Assembly (NCBI GenBank): GCA_043770175.1
Contig: JAYVIO010000332.1
Location: 2,213-66,212, forward strand
DNA: 64,000 nucleotides
DNA from: Verrucomicrobiales bacterium
Lineage (GTDB): Bacteria > Verrucomicrobiota > Verrucomicrobiia > Verrucomicrobiales > Verrucomicrobiaceae
Direction: 5' to 3'
A program made the position numbers and the translations under genes. The stretch's first letter is position 1, and each line of letters opens with the position of its first letter. The notes under the pieces are model-generated. The model did not search any database. It was not told the origin of the DNA and saw nothing but the letters and a program-made list of their open reading frames with translations. Of this stretch, positions 1-17,279 are shown in pieces.

Positions 1-697
1 GCGGCTGCTGCATGAAGGAATAACCCAGCGCCGTGGCTTCAGCGAGTTTCAGCCAGTAATTGGCGTCTTTCTCCTGGAGCGGCTGCTCTTTGCCTGCAGC
101 GAAGGGCTGCGCAGGCCTCGGCTCTACCGGCGCTGGTGCTTGATAGGCGATCTTCATCCAGCGCTCACGCAACACGGCCCAGCGTGCCTTCCAGTCTGCG
201 GCCAGCGGCTTGTCAGCGGCAGGCCAGGTGCGCGAGGCATTCTTCAGCGCCGCCGCTAGACGATCCTCGGCCGCCTGAAACTCTTTGCGTGCCAGTTGCA
301 GGCGCTTCTCGTCACTCACCCGGCGGTACATGCCCAGAATACCCGGATCCTGCGGCATTTTTTGTTCCGGCTTGAAGCTGATCTCCATTTTCGATTCGCC
401 GCCCTTGGCGATGAAGTTCGAACCACGATCCTGACCTTCATCGACGACAGCGGCAAACACGATCTGGTTGTCCTTCCGTATCCCCTGCCCCGACCAGCGC
501 CCGGTCGATCCCGGCTCAGCCGCCCAGCGGACGCTGACCTCCACCCGACCACCTGACTTGCTATCGAGAGTGAGATACCGCTGCCCCACTTCATCAAAAA
601 AATGCGCCACACCCGGCGGATCGGCAGCTTGGGACATCGTACCGGCCAGGCAAAGCACCAGCAAGGAAGTGAATTTCGAATTCAGGCGAGCATTCAT
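1..697 (-). CDS. Secreted hypothetical protein (partial; runs off the left edge)
   Basis: Manual minus-strand translation from the ATG at 697 (MNARLNSKFTSLLVLCLAGTMSQAADPP...) is open to position 1 and starts with a signal-peptide-like segment. Absent from the ORF track because no stop lies in the window. Confidence 0.75.
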   Translation of the reverse strand, partial: MNARLNSKFTSLLVLCLAGTMSQAADPPGVAHFFDEVGQRYLTLDSKSGGRVEVSVRWAAEPGSTGRWSGQGIRKDNQIVFAAVVDEGQDRGSNFIAKGGESKMEISFKPEQKMPQDPGILGMYRRVSDEKRLQLARKEFQAAEDRLAAALKNASRTWPAADKPLAADWKARWAVLRERWMKIAYQAPAPVEPRPAQPFAAGKEQPLQEKDANYWLKLAEATALGYSFMQQP

Positions 698-1034
698 CGT
701 CGCCCATTCTCATAAGAGGATGCCGTGTGTGCAAGAATTAGAAAAAGAGGTTTTTGAGAACTCTCCATAATGAACGCATTTTTGGGCAAATTTGGCCGCT
801 GAGTTGACTTTGGACCGCAAAATCTTCGCCAAACGCCTGCAAACTACGCCACCAGCCTTTTTGGCGGTCATTTTCATGAGGTTTTTAAACCATTCATTAT
901 CAGTCTATTAGTTTGAAATGGCGGCCTCCATATTATCATATTTACAATTTTATGAGTTATTTCTGATATAGTTGTTGCAGTGATTCTATATTTTGCTATA
1001 AATACTAGCAGAAACAAGAACCACTTACGCAGCC

Positions 1035-1736
1035 ATGAAAACACTCATCCGCCTCGCAATTGCCACCAGCCTCTTCGCCGCCACCATCGCGAACGCCCAG
1101 AACGGATACTATGCCGCCGGTTACTACGCTGCCCCTCAAGCCCAAGCTGCTTACGCTCAGCAGCAGGCCAACGCTCAAGCCTGGGCCGCCTACAATGCCC
1201 AGCAGGCCAATGCTCAGGCCTGGGCCAACTATTACGCCCAGCAGCAGGCGGCTCAGCAGGCTGCCGCCCAACGCGCCGCTGCACAACGCGCTGCCGCCGC
1301 ACGCAACGTCGGTCCCGCCAGCAATTCTCAGATCCGCTTCGACGGCCGCTTCGCCACCGTTGGCCAGACCGCTCCTCAGGCACTCCAGTTCGCCGTTTAT
1401 GCTGCCAACACTCTCCAGAACAAGCCTTATGTGCTTGGTGGCGGCCATCGCAACATCGAAGACAGCGCTTATGACTGCTCCAGCAGCACTTCTTACATCC
1501 TCATCAAGGCAGGATTGCTGAACCGCTGCCTGTCCAGCAAGGAGTTCGCCACCTATGGCGAAGGTGGTGCTGGCCGCTTTATCACCATCTGGGTGAAGCC
1601 TGGCGAACATGTTTTCATGACCATTTGCGGCCTTCGCATGGACACCTCCGGCCAAGTCACTGGCGAAGGACCCCGCTGGCGCACCAAGGGCCGTAGCTAT
1701 GCTGGCTTCAGCCCTCGCCATCCTTTTGGCATGTAA
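1035..1736 (+). CDS. Secreted NlpC/P60-like peptidoglycan endopeptidase with Gln/Ala-rich N-terminal repeats
   Basis: Signal peptide, then a low-complexity region (YAQQQANAQAWA repeats), then PYVLGGGH...YDCSSSTSY...GEHVF carrying the NlpC/P60 Cys/His catalytic pattern. Confidence 0.8.
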   Translation: MKTLIRLAIATSLFAATIANAQNGYYAAGYYAAPQAQAAYAQQQANAQAWAAYNAQQANAQAWANYYAQQQAAQQAAAQRAAAQRAAAARNVGPASNSQIRFDGRFATVGQTAPQALQFAVYAANTLQNKPYVLGGGHRNIEDSAYDCSSSTSYILIKAGLLNRCLSSKEFATYGEGGAGRFITIWVKPGEHVFMTICGLRMDTSGQVTGEGPRWRTKGRSYAGFSPRHPFGM

Positions 1737-1839
1737 TTCTCATTTTTGTGACTCGATTCTCACACCCGTAAACAAACATTCATTCAAATCTGAATCTCGC
1801 CGCCTAAATCACCTCAAACCTCTCAAACCTACGAATCAT

Positions 1840-2031
1840 ATGAAAACGAACACCACCCTCTCCACCGCTTCCAACAACGAAATCACCCTCGGTTGGTCCT
1901 CGATGCCCGCTTATGGCGAAGTGATGAACAACCTCGTTGGAACCTCCCACACCGACGTCACCAGCACGCTGAAGCTCGGAACGAAGGGTGTCCTGAATTC
2001 CTTCTGGAGCACGCTGAGCAACCTCAAGTAA
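1840..2031 (+). CDS. Small hypothetical protein (63 aa)
   Basis: ATG at 1840 (MKTNTTLSTASNNEITLGWSS...) in frame with the stop at 2031; codon usage resembles flanking genes; fills the gap before ribF. Confidence 0.55.
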   Translation: MKTNTTLSTASNNEITLGWSSMPAYGEVMNNLVGTSHTDVTSTLKLGTKGVLNSFWSTLSNLK

Positions 2032-2100
2032 GCAAGACGGGCGGTAGCGCCCTTCACCTTGCGATCTGCATCGTCGCTGATATGGCTCAAGCTCCACCGC

Positions 2101-3015
2101 ATGCAGGTTCTCCGCTCCATCGACGCCCTCTCCACCCTCCCCGGCCCTCTGGCGCTCGCTGTCGGCGTTTTCGATGGCATTCACATCGGCCATCAGGAGG
2201 TGATTCGGGCCGCCCAAGAACACGCGACCCAGCACCATGGCACTGCCGTTGTCGTCACCTTCGATCCGCATCCGGCGCATGTGCTGCGCCCCGGATCAGC
2301 GCCCAAACTGCTCTGTGGCTCGCGTCATCAGCAGTTGGTCCTCGCTCAAATCGGCATCCCCTGCCTGCTGGCCTGTCCCTTCACGGCTGAAACGGCGAAA
2401 ACCCCCGCGCGCGATTTCATTCAGCAACTCGTCGAGGCCGCACGTCCGCTGGGCTGCATCTCGGTCGGCTACACCTGGAGTTTCGGCCACCAGCGCGAGG
2501 GCGACATCCACCTGCTCATGGAAATGGGCCAGCAACACGACTTTGCCGTGTATGGCGTGCCACCATTGAAAATCGACGGTGAAATCGTCAGCAGCACGCT
2601 CATTCGCGAAGCAATCGCCACCGGCGACTTCATCAAAGCCGCAAGTCTGCTCGGTCGTGAATATTCCGTCTTCGGTAGCGTCGTCGAAGGCCGAAAACTT
2701 GGCCGCCAGCTCGGCTTTCCCACGGCCAATGTCGATGTCGAAAACGAACAGCTTCCACCGCTTGGCGTTTATGCCGTGCAAGCACGCATCAACGACGCCT
2801 GGCTGCCGGGAGTCGCCAATCTTGGCCGTCGGCCCACCCTCGCTGACAACGCCGAGCCTTCGCTCGAAGTGCATCTGCTCGACTGGAGCGGTGATGTTTA
2901 CGGCAAAGACATGGAAGTCCGCTTCACACGCCTTCTGCGCCCTGAGATGAAATTCTCCGGTCTAGACGAACTCAAGGCCCAGATCCAACGCGACATCGTC
3001 GCCGCGAGAGCCTGA
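2101..3015 (+). CDS. ribF: Bifunctional riboflavin kinase/FAD synthetase
   Basis: GVFDGIHIGHQ, TFDPHP, GRKLGRQLGFPTAN and EVHLLD motifs; start trimmed to the ATG at 2101. Confidence 0.95.
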   Translation: MQVLRSIDALSTLPGPLALAVGVFDGIHIGHQEVIRAAQEHATQHHGTAVVVTFDPHPAHVLRPGSAPKLLCGSRHQQLVLAQIGIPCLLACPFTAETAKTPARDFIQQLVEAARPLGCISVGYTWSFGHQREGDIHLLMEMGQQHDFAVYGVPPLKIDGEIVSSTLIREAIATGDFIKAASLLGREYSVFGSVVEGRKLGRQLGFPTANVDVENEQLPPLGVYAVQARINDAWLPGVANLGRRPTLADNAEPSLEVHLLDWSGDVYGKDMEVRFTRLLRPEMKFSGLDELKAQIQRDIVAARA

Positions 3016-3021
3016 GCCACG

Positions 3022-3930
3022 CTACTTCTTCGGCTTCGGCGCCTCCTGCTTCGGATAACCCTCCAGCTTCACCACGCTCACCGCCGTTTCCGTCGGGAAA
3101 TCCGTCGGCACCGCCGCGGTGCGCTCCACATTGCCCGTGGCCACCCATTCCGTGCCGCGTTGCAGGATCGTGTAAAAGCCGCGATCCAGCATCGAGTAGT
3201 CCGCATGACCCAGCGTGGTGTGAAACACACGGCCCTTGTGGTAGGCCAGCACCAGGTTGTTGGGCTCGTTCACTGCCGTGAGATCGGATACCGAAGTGCT
3301 GAGCACGTCCACGTTCTCCGCCGGACCACGCAGTTTGCTGTACAGCTCGTCCTTCGCATGCAGCCAGCGCTTCGGCAGACCACGCGTGATCGGATGATCG
3401 GGATTCTGGATCTCCACCACAAACTCATGCTGCGCTCCATGCGCACCGCCGTTACCCGCAGTCGTGTCGCGGAACAACTTGCCGTCTTTAACGTACAACC
3501 ACGGCCCCGACTTCTCGTTACGCCCACCCCAGCCACCGACACCGATCATGTCATTGTATTCCTTCCATTCCGGGAACGAATTGTTCGCCGCATGGATCGA
3601 CACAAAGCCACCGCCATCCGCCACATACTTCGTGAACACATCACGCACGTTCTGCGGCCATGGTTCGCCGTTGTAGTTGCTCATCACGACCTGGTAGTCG
3701 CTGAACACCGGCTTCCACGCCTGCCACGCCTCCTTCGGCGATCCTTTCGACGGTGTCGTGCTCACATCCACCGTGAAGGCACCGCTGCTTTCCAGCGCAT
3801 TCTTGAGCACCGGTGTGGTGATGTCCCACTTGTGGTTGTTCTGGCCGTCCACGATGAGGACTTTCAGTTTATCAGCCGCTTGCAGGCTGCCGACGGCAAA
3901 AACGAGGATGGAATAGAAGATGGAGCGCAT
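3022..3930 (-). CDS. Secreted ThuA-like (glutamine amidotransferase-fold) domain protein
   Basis: Signal peptide MRSIFYSILVFAVGSLQA; KVLIVDGQNNHKW, GGGFVSIHAA, DELY and GRVFHTTLGH motifs typical of ThuA-domain proteins. Confidence 0.8.
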   Translation of the reverse strand: MRSIFYSILVFAVGSLQAADKLKVLIVDGQNNHKWDITTPVLKNALESSGAFTVDVSTTPSKGSPKEAWQAWKPVFSDYQVVMSNYNGEPWPQNVRDVFTKYVADGGGFVSIHAANNSFPEWKEYNDMIGVGGWGGRNEKSGPWLYVKDGKLFRDTTAGNGGAHGAQHEFVVEIQNPDHPITRGLPKRWLHAKDELYSKLRGPAENVDVLSTSVSDLTAVNEPNNLVLAYHKGRVFHTTLGHADYSMLDRGFYTILQRGTEWVATGNVERTAAVPTDFPTETAVSVVKLEGYPKQEAPKPKK

Positions 3931-4047
3931 AAGAAGGCATGTTGCTATCAGTCCATCTCGATTTTGGCAAGAACGAACACACCAACCCGGCCCGTAATTC
4001 ACCTTGACCCTGCGCACCGCTCCCGCCCACACTATGGTGTCCTCTCG

Positions 4048-5310
4048 ATGTCCCTGCTCGTCGCCTCCCTGATCTACCTCAACCTCCTGCTAATCCTCGC
4101 GGTCGTCTCCGCTTCGGAAACCGCCATCCACAGCGCTCGGGATGTGGAGACACAGCTTCTCGCCGCCGGTGAAGGCGCCGTGGCAAAAAAGCTTCGTGCC
4201 ATCACCGCGAATCCCTTCGCGCAACTGCACCGTGCGCTGCTGATGTCCGCCGCATTGAACCTCGCACTCGCCGCGCTGGGTCTCTGGATTGTCACCGGCC
4301 CGCTGCTTTATCTCGGCTGGAATCCATGGATCACCTCATCCGTGCTATTCTTGGCAACGGTTCTGCTAGGAGACATGGTCCCGAAATTTTTTGCCGCTCG
4401 CGCACCGTCCGTGGTTTTGCTCGGCAGCCTGCGTCTGCTGAACCCGCTGCGCAACGTGCTAGACCCGCTAACCTCGTTCGCCGACCGTGCCACCGACGTG
4501 CTGCTGCAAAAATTCGTCGCCCGTCATGTAAAGACGCGTCTGCCTGTCACCCGTGATGAGTTTGAAACCCTCGTCGAAATGCGCCAGGAGCAGGGCCTGC
4601 TCGACAGCGATGAGAGCGCCATGATTCATGAGGCGCTCGATATTGAGGCGCTCACCGTGCGCGACTGCATGATCCCACGTGTCGATCTCGCGCTGATGAG
4701 CAGCGAGGACGCGCCGCAGAAAGCCACGGCCATTCTCGAAAAATCCGCCAGCCGGTTTGTTGTCGTGTATGGCGAAACTCCCGACTCCGTCGAAGGCGTG
4801 CTCGACACCAGCGCCTGGAAGCTCGCCAACCGCCCGGAATGGCGCACGCTGCTGCGCACTCCGGCCTTCGTGCCTGAAACCATGCCCGTGCTCGAAGCGC
4901 TTGATCATCATCTGCAGAGCGATGATCAGCCGGTGCTCATCGCCGACGAATACGGCGGCCTCGAAGGCATGATCACCCGCCGTGAAATCGCTGACTGGCT
5001 GCTCTATGAAGCCGCGCCATGGCACGGCGAAGCCTCTGAAATTCGCGATCTCGGTGGCGGCCGCTACCTGCTCGATGGCGGCACGCGTCTCGACCATCTC
5101 CAAAAAGAACTGGGCATCGAACTCGACGCCGACGGCATCGACACCATCGGCGGTCTCGTCTTCAACCATCTTGGCCACGTACCCAAGCAAGGCGAACGCG
5201 TCACCATCAACGGTGCCGACATCAAAGTGCGCCGCATCGTCCGCGCCCGCATCCAGGAGGTCGAACTGCGCCTCAAACCCAAACCCATCGACGAATCCGG
5301 AGCGATCTGA
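4048..5310 (+). CDS. CNNM/hemolysin-family protein (DUF21 + CBS pair + CorC/HlyC domain)
   Basis: SASETA, GDMVPK, CMIPRVD, ADEYGGLEGMIT and C-terminal DTIGGLVFNHLGHVP; start trimmed to the ATG at 4048. Confidence 0.85.
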   Translation: MSLLVASLIYLNLLLILAVVSASETAIHSARDVETQLLAAGEGAVAKKLRAITANPFAQLHRALLMSAALNLALAALGLWIVTGPLLYLGWNPWITSSVLFLATVLLGDMVPKFFAARAPSVVLLGSLRLLNPLRNVLDPLTSFADRATDVLLQKFVARHVKTRLPVTRDEFETLVEMRQEQGLLDSDESAMIHEALDIEALTVRDCMIPRVDLALMSSEDAPQKATAILEKSASRFVVVYGETPDSVEGVLDTSAWKLANRPEWRTLLRTPAFVPETMPVLEALDHHLQSDDQPVLIADEYGGLEGMITRREIADWLLYEAAPWHGEASEIRDLGGGRYLLDGGTRLDHLQKELGIELDADGIDTIGGLVFNHLGHVPKQGERVTINGADIKVRRIVRARIQEVELRLKPKPIDESGAI

Positions 5311-5405
5311 TGAAACCAGTTTTTTGCCCCCAAGTACACTCATCCAGACTCAATGCAGCCATCCAAAATCAGTCATCCGTGTTTCATCAGTGAAGATTAG
5401 TGGTT
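5307..5405. repeat. Intergenic inverted-repeat element (CTGATGAAAC ... GTTTCATCAG)
   Basis: 10-bp perfect inverted repeat at 5307-5316 and 5381-5390, the second arm inside ATCCGTGTTTCATCAGTGAAGATTAGTGGTT. Confidence 0.6.
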
Positions 5406-5439
5406 TCAAACTCTGACCTTCGTCATTCGTCAATTCTCC

Positions 5440-6378
5440 ATGACCTGGCTCCTGCTCATTCTCTGTCTCGCCCTGTCCTTCATCCTCTCCGGCCTGGAGA
5501 GCGCGGTGCTGGCCGTCAGCCGCGTGCGCGTGCGTCATGCCGCCGACGAAGGTGATGCCCGCGCACGCGGCCTGCTGCCGTTGCTCGAAGATCGCGATGC
5601 GCTCATCGGCTGCATCACGGTGGCGAATCACATGACCAATCTCTGCGCCTTTGTGCTCATCGCCTTGCCCGTCGTGCGCAATGCCAGCCTGTGGGGTTAT
5701 GCGCTCGCCTTCGCCCTCGCCCTGCCCGTGTTCCTCATCGGCCTCGAAGTGATGCCCAAGAAACTCTTCCGCCGTTATCCGTTTCGTTCGCTGCGCTCGG
5801 TTTCACCGCTCGTGCATTTCGTCGGGATGGCGCGCCCCTTGTTCCGCACCATCGCCGCCGCCAAACCGTCCACCGAAACCATCGTGGCACCCAACGTCGC
5901 ACGCCAGAACCGTGGTCGTGACGATTTGAAGGCACTCGCCCAGGAACTGACCGCGCAGCATCAGCTTTCCGCCACCGCCACGCATCTCATCGAGCGCATG
6001 CTCGACTACAAGAAGCTCAGCACGGCCGATCTCATGCAGCCGCTCGCACGCAGCATCGCCCTCGCGGCCGAAATGACCCTCAGCACCGCGCTGATCATCG
6101 CCCGCGAGCAGAATTGCACCCTGCTCCCCGTGCTTGGTGACAACGGTAGCTTCATCGGCGTTCTCGACACCACCGAGTTGCCCGCCACCATCCCGCCCGA
6201 CCGCCTCGTGCGGCAGCACATGCGTACGCTTGATGCCATTCCTGGCACCCTGTCCGCACTGCACACCTTGCAACGCATGCGCAAATCCGGCCGTCGCCTC
6301 GCCATCGTCGTCGATGAACGCCAATCCCCCCTCGGCCTCATCACCGAGGAGCGCCTGCTCGAACCGCTCATGCACTGA
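5440..6378 (+). CDS. Second CNNM/CBS-domain protein
   Basis: LSGLESAVLAVSRVRVRH, LEVMPKKLFR, and a CBS-like C-terminus (LAIVVDE...GLITEE). Confidence 0.8.
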   Translation: MTWLLLILCLALSFILSGLESAVLAVSRVRVRHAADEGDARARGLLPLLEDRDALIGCITVANHMTNLCAFVLIALPVVRNASLWGYALAFALALPVFLIGLEVMPKKLFRRYPFRSLRSVSPLVHFVGMARPLFRTIAAAKPSTETIVAPNVARQNRGRDDLKALAQELTAQHQLSATATHLIERMLDYKKLSTADLMQPLARSIALAAEMTLSTALIIAREQNCTLLPVLGDNGSFIGVLDTTELPATIPPDRLVRQHMRTLDAIPGTLSALHTLQRMRKSGRRLAIVVDERQSPLGLITEERLLEPLMH

Positions 6379-6383
6379 ACGTG

Positions 6384-6480
6384 GGAGCGAGGGAGTGATG
6401 GATTCTTGGAGTAATGGAGTGTTGACGTCCGGTCCCCATTCATCCAGCACTCCACCACTCCGTTCCTCCACCACTCCTCC
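6384..6480. repeat. Palindromic short-tandem-repeat element (GGAGT(G/A)AT units and inverse)
   Basis: ggagtgatgg...ggagtaatggagtgttg followed by cagcactccaccactcc...ccaccactcc in the opposite orientation. Confidence 0.7.
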
Positions 6481-6482
6481 GC

Positions 6483-7076
6483 ATGCGTCTCCTCTTCGCC
6501 ACCTCCAACGCCCACAAGACCGAAGAAGTCGCCGCCATTCTCGGCGCAGACTGGCAGGTCGAGGATTTGCGCGCGCATCCAGGCATCACGCTCGATGAAG
6601 AAACCGGAGACACCTTCGAGGCGAATGCCGTCATCAAGGCCGTCAGCGGCAGCCGTGGCGCGCCCGGCCTGCTCGTGCTCGCCGATGACTCCGGCCTCGA
6701 AGTCGATGCCCTCGGTGGTGCTCCTGGCGTGCGCAGCGCCCGTTATGCCGGTGAAACCGCCAACGCTGCGGACAATCGCGCCAAGCTCAAAGTCGAACTC
6801 GCCAAGAAGGCGATGTACTCACGCTTCGCCGGCCGCTTCCACTGCTGCATGGTCCTCGCCCGCGATGGCAAGGTGCTGCACATCACGCACGGCAGTGTCG
6901 CGGGCCATCTCCTGCTCGAAGAGCAGGGCGCAGGCGGCTTCGGCTATGATTCGCTCTTCGTTCCAGATGGCTTCACCGATTCCTTCGGCGTTCTTCCCGC
7001 TGAAACGAAGAACCAGCTCAGTCATCGTGCGCGTGCTCTCGCCGCGATGAAGAAAAAGCTCGCCACCCACCTCTGA
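6483..7076 (+). CDS. rdgB: Non-canonical purine NTP pyrophosphatase (RdgB/HAM1)
   Basis: FATSNAHK, ETGDTFEANAVIKA, ADDSGLEVDALGGAPGVRSARY, GFGYD, KNQLSHR. Confidence 0.95.
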   Translation: MRLLFATSNAHKTEEVAAILGADWQVEDLRAHPGITLDEETGDTFEANAVIKAVSGSRGAPGLLVLADDSGLEVDALGGAPGVRSARYAGETANAADNRAKLKVELAKKAMYSRFAGRFHCCMVLARDGKVLHITHGSVAGHLLLEEQGAGGFGYDSLFVPDGFTDSFGVLPAETKNQLSHRARALAAMKKKLATHL

Positions 7077-7080
7077 GCGC

Positions 7081-7938
7081 ATGTACCGCCTCGCCATCAT
7101 CGCCGCGCTCGCCCTCACGAGCTGTGTTCAGCCACCACGAGCAACGCCGGTCGAAAGCGATCCGAACCCACCTTCCCTGGCACCGCGCTACCCATCGTGG
7201 GACGAAGTACCCGCACCAATTCAAAACCCGGCTGCCATACATTCCTCTCGAATCGATTCCGCCAAAGCAGGCCAGCCTCTCATCGGCGGCGCGTCCTTGC
7301 ATCAAACCACGGTTCATTCCGTCGAAATGCAGTTCGTGATCTTCGACAGCCGCAGCTACGACCTCAAAGTCATCGACCAGCCCGAAGACTGGTCCGGTGG
7401 CGGCAAGATCAGCGAGTGCCTGCGCAAGGCCGGAGCCATCGCCGGCGTGAACGGCGGGTTCTTCACGCCGCAGTTCACCCCCATGGGCCTCATGATCTCC
7501 GCAGGTCGCAAAACCGGCTCCTGGCAGCAAAACAAACTGCTCAGCGGCGCCGTCGTCGTCGATGCACAACCACGCCTGCTCTGGAATGCTGAGGTCAACC
7601 GCAACAGCGCCTGCGAACTGCTGCAAGCCGGCCCACGTCTCGTCGATGCGGGTCGTCCGGTGCCGAATCTCGAACGCAGCAAGCACACCACGCGCACCTT
7701 CATCGCCACCGACGGCGGCCATCACTGGCTCCTCGGCCTCGCCCGCAACATCAGCCTCGGCGAACTCGCGGAAATCCTCGCCCTGCCCGGCAGCCTCGCC
7801 GGTTTCAACATCCAGCGCGCCCTCAACCTCGACGGCGGCCACTCCTCCGCCCTCTACTACCGCACCGCCGACGGCCAGGAGCACTCCGATCCCGGCTGGA
7901 GCACCGTGCGCAACTACCTCGGCATTGTACCTCGATGA
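7081..7938 (+). CDS. Lipoprotein of the phosphodiester glycosidase (NAGPA/DUF2233) family
   Basis: Lipobox LTSC; AGVNGGFF, LLQAGPRLV and ALNLDGGHSS motifs. Confidence 0.8.
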   Translation: MYRLAIIAALALTSCVQPPRATPVESDPNPPSLAPRYPSWDEVPAPIQNPAAIHSSRIDSAKAGQPLIGGASLHQTTVHSVEMQFVIFDSRSYDLKVIDQPEDWSGGGKISECLRKAGAIAGVNGGFFTPQFTPMGLMISAGRKTGSWQQNKLLSGAVVVDAQPRLLWNAEVNRNSACELLQAGPRLVDAGRPVPNLERSKHTTRTFIATDGGHHWLLGLARNISLGELAEILALPGSLAGFNIQRALNLDGGHSSALYYRTADGQEHSDPGWSTVRNYLGIVPR

Positions 7939-8048
7939 ACACTGAACATCGAACGCTGAACACTCAATCTCCAACCCCAACCGCCCGCTGATCCATTCAT
8001 CATTCAATGTTCATTGTTCAACCTTCAGTGTTCAGTGTTCAATGTTCG
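7936..8048. repeat. Palindromic heptamer tandem-repeat element (TGAACAC / GTGTTCA)
   Basis: tgaacac-tgaacat-cgaacgc-tgaacac at 7936-7963 and inverse units ttcaatg-ttcattg...ttcagtg-ttcagtg-ttcaatg-ttcg at 8003-8048. Confidence 0.8.
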
Positions 8049-8060
8049 CCTCCCTTCCCC

Positions 8061-9134
8061 ATGTCCCCCTCCTCCAAAACCTTCCTCCTCGATCTCCTCT
8101 CCACGCCCAGCCCCACTGGCTTTGAGGCACGCGGCCAGCGCAAATGGGCCGCCTACGCACGCAAATTCGCCGACCGCGTGGAAAGCGATGCCTACGGCAG
8201 CGCCTGGGCCACACTCGATGGCGGCACGAACGGACGCCGCCTCATGTTCGAAGCCCACGCCGATGAAATCGGCTACATGGTGAAGTACATCAACAAGCAC
8301 GGCTTCATCTTCGTCGATCGCGTCGGCGGCAGCGATGTCGCCACCGCCCGAGGGCGTCGCGTCGATATCTTTGGCGACAAAGGCACCGTGCGCGGCGTCA
8401 TCGGCAACACTGCCATCCACATCCGCGACCGCACCGACGAAAAGGTGCCGAAGGTGCATGAACTCGCCATCGACATCGGCGCTTCCAGCGACAAAGAAGT
8501 CGCCAAGGCCGGCATCCGCGTCGGCCATCCGGCCGTCTATGCCGACGGCGTCGAAGAACTCGGCCCCGACAAGCTCTGTGGCCGTGCCTTGGACAACCGC
8601 CTCGGCGGCTACATCATCGCCGAGGTCATCGCCCGCCTCGCCAAGCGCAAGTCTCGCCTGCCCACCACCGTCTATGCCGTCAACGCCGTGCAGGAGGAGA
8701 TCGGCGGCCACGGTGCGCGCATGATCGCCCACCGCCTCATGCCGGATGTCGCCGTCGTGCTCGATGTCACCCACGCCACCGACACCCCGCACGTCGATGA
8801 AAAGAAGCACGGCGAGGTGAAGCTCGGTGGCGGCCCCAGCCTCACCCACGGCGGCGCGAACCACGTCGAAGTCGTAAAGCGCCTCATCGAAGTCGCCGAG
8901 CATGAGAAAATCCCCCTCCAGCACGAGGCCTCATCGCGCAGCACCGGCACCGACACCGACGTCATCTTCCACCAGCAAAGCGGCATCCCCAGCGCCCTCG
9001 TCTCGTTGCCGCTGCGCTACATGCACAGCGTCGTCGAAATGGCCCACCTCCAGGATGTCGAGCACACCATCCAGCTCCTCACCGCCTTCGCCCAGAGTGT
9101 GAAGCCCAAGGATGAGTTTCGAGTGAAGTTGTAA
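8061..9134 (+). CDS. M42-family metallopeptidase (FrvX-like)
   Basis: PSPTGFE, EAHADEIG, RALDNRLG, QEEIG and LRYMHS motifs; start trimmed to the ATG at 8061. Confidence 0.9.
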   Translation: MSPSSKTFLLDLLSTPSPTGFEARGQRKWAAYARKFADRVESDAYGSAWATLDGGTNGRRLMFEAHADEIGYMVKYINKHGFIFVDRVGGSDVATARGRRVDIFGDKGTVRGVIGNTAIHIRDRTDEKVPKVHELAIDIGASSDKEVAKAGIRVGHPAVYADGVEELGPDKLCGRALDNRLGGYIIAEVIARLAKRKSRLPTTVYAVNAVQEEIGGHGARMIAHRLMPDVAVVLDVTHATDTPHVDEKKHGEVKLGGGPSLTHGGANHVEVVKRLIEVAEHEKIPLQHEASSRSTGTDTDVIFHQQSGIPSALVSLPLRYMHSVVEMAHLQDVEHTIQLLTAFAQSVKPKDEFRVKL

Positions 9135-9146
9135 AACGACGCACCT

Positions 9147-9189
9147 AAAACGCAAAACCGCCTCCGACGGTTGGCACCGAGGGAGGCGG
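9147..9189 (-). terminator. Intrinsic terminator downstream of rpoC
   Basis: ccgcctcc...ggaggcgg stem with inner cggt/accg; A-tracts on the left read as a U-tract on the minus strand; lies between convergent genes. Confidence 0.7.
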
Positions 9190-9212
9190 GATTGAGTGGA
9201 TGAGAGCGCTGA

Positions 9213-13364
<4,152 letters not shown>

Positions 13365-13418
13365 GATGGGTGGAGATGGGTGGCAGGTTTTTGCGCTGGG
13401 TTGCTGGGGGAAGACGGG

Positions 13419-17279
<3,861 letters not shown>

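Noticed and set aside
784-821. GGGCAAA...GGACCGCAAA resembling a c-di-GMP-I riboswitch upstream of the NlpC/P60 gene
   Set aside because: No pairing P2 stem or GNRA tetraloop between the motifs, and the GGACGCAAA element has an extra base.
3160-4047. N-terminal 296 aa of the 716-aa ORF 3160-5310
   Set aside because: Antisense to the ThuA-domain gene; the real CNNM protein begins at the ATG at 4048.
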